A stretch of DNA of 34,237 nucleotides from NCBI RefSeq assembly GCF_001194135.2, contig NC_068994.1, forward strand, positions 57,687,538 through 57,721,774, read 5' to 3'. The translations under genes and the position numbers were made by a program. Numbering within the stretch: position 1 is the stretch's first letter; the number at the start of each line of letters is the position of its first letter. Positions 33,450 to 34,237 of this stretch are shown in pieces. Below the pieces are notes generated by a model that worked only from the letters and a program-made list of their open reading frames with translations, was not told the DNA's origin and ran no database searches. The stretch comes from Octopus bimaculoides. Lineage: Eukaryota.

Positions 33450-33498
<49 letters not shown>
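33324..33498. repeat. (AAT)n-(GGT)n-(GAT)n compound microsatellite
   Basis: Read directly. Confidence 0.97.
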
Positions 33499-33501
<3 letters not shown>

Positions 33502-33552
33502 ACCACCGAGTAGGCATTAAACACATCAATTAAAGTGGATGATCTACTTCAA

Positions 33553-33665
33553 TTGTTTAGCCCCAGGTCAACAATGACAGCAGAAATCCCACGAAAGGCA
33601 TTCTTGCCATGACCATCCAGTTTTGTAGAATGCATTTAGATCTACATTCTCTAGCACATTCTTTC
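33553..33665 (-). mobile_element. Repeat family E 3' fragment
   Basis: ttgtttagccccaggtca...aaaggcattcttgccatgaccatcc is reverse-complementary to 7160-7230. Confidence 0.45.
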
Positions 33666-34237
33666 CTTTTCTTGCTTTTATTTATTTATTTATTTATTTT
33701 TGAGGTAATACAAGGTGTAATCTGAGGGGATTTGGTATCTATTTTGTGCAATTGTGCAGAGGCTGTTTTATTGGATGGGGGTGGGGATAACAGCAATGGT
33801 GGTGGTGGGGATACGTTGTTGTTGTTGTTCCCTGAGTTCATTGAGCTTGCCTAGCAACCATTAAGCTTAAACATGCTCAGCTGAACTGGGGGAGTGGGGG
33901 GTGGAATGGGGGTCAGTGGTAGGAGGATGATATAGGATGTGATGCCAGTGGTGGTGGTGATGGTGGTGAGGACGATGATGATGACATTGACAATGATGAC
34001 AACGACAATGACGACAATGACGATGATGACAGTGGTGTCATAGGCGGTGGTGGTGATGGAGGCGAAGGCTGAGGCGGTGGCGGTGGCGGAGGCGGTGGTG
34101 ATGGTGAAAGTGGGGGTCCATCATCATCACTGTTATTTGAACTTACTGTGCTTGCTTAGCAACCATTACATTGCGATGGGCTCTGTGGTATGGGGGGGGG
34201 GTGTACTGTTGACAGTAGGGGTGGTGGTGGTGGTGGT

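Noticed and set aside
33886-33912. Possible G-quadruplex
   Set aside because: Only three long G-runs, in low-complexity sequence.

Overview
Repeat-saturated, gappy animal genomic DNA (8 N-gaps). The style of the tRNA-headed SINEs, the (TG)n/(TA)n/(TATG)n/trinucleotide microsatellites, and the maT/mariner and RTE relics point to an octopus, probably Octopus bimaculoides. That species call is an inference from remembered repeat families, not a search result. Most entries in the supplied ORF track are translations of microsatellites or gaps. Supported content: many SINE copies built from shared head, middle and tail modules; three pieces of a DD37D (maT) transposon; two mariner-derived MITEs; RTE-clade and R4/Dong-clade LINE fragments; and a degenerate double C2H2 zinc-finger relic. 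Hammerhead-ribozyme motifs of the Penelope-like-element type occur at 3045-3163 (+, with an unusually long 92-nt helix II region) and 9998-10036 (-). Also present: an unclassified TIR element with a nested fold-back (20559-21043), a phase-locked AGCT pentamer array (27506-27845), and several small plus-strand segments with splice signals that may belong to an unidentified host transcript (low confidence). No host gene could be named. SINE family labels A1-A3 and B-F are my own labels for this window.
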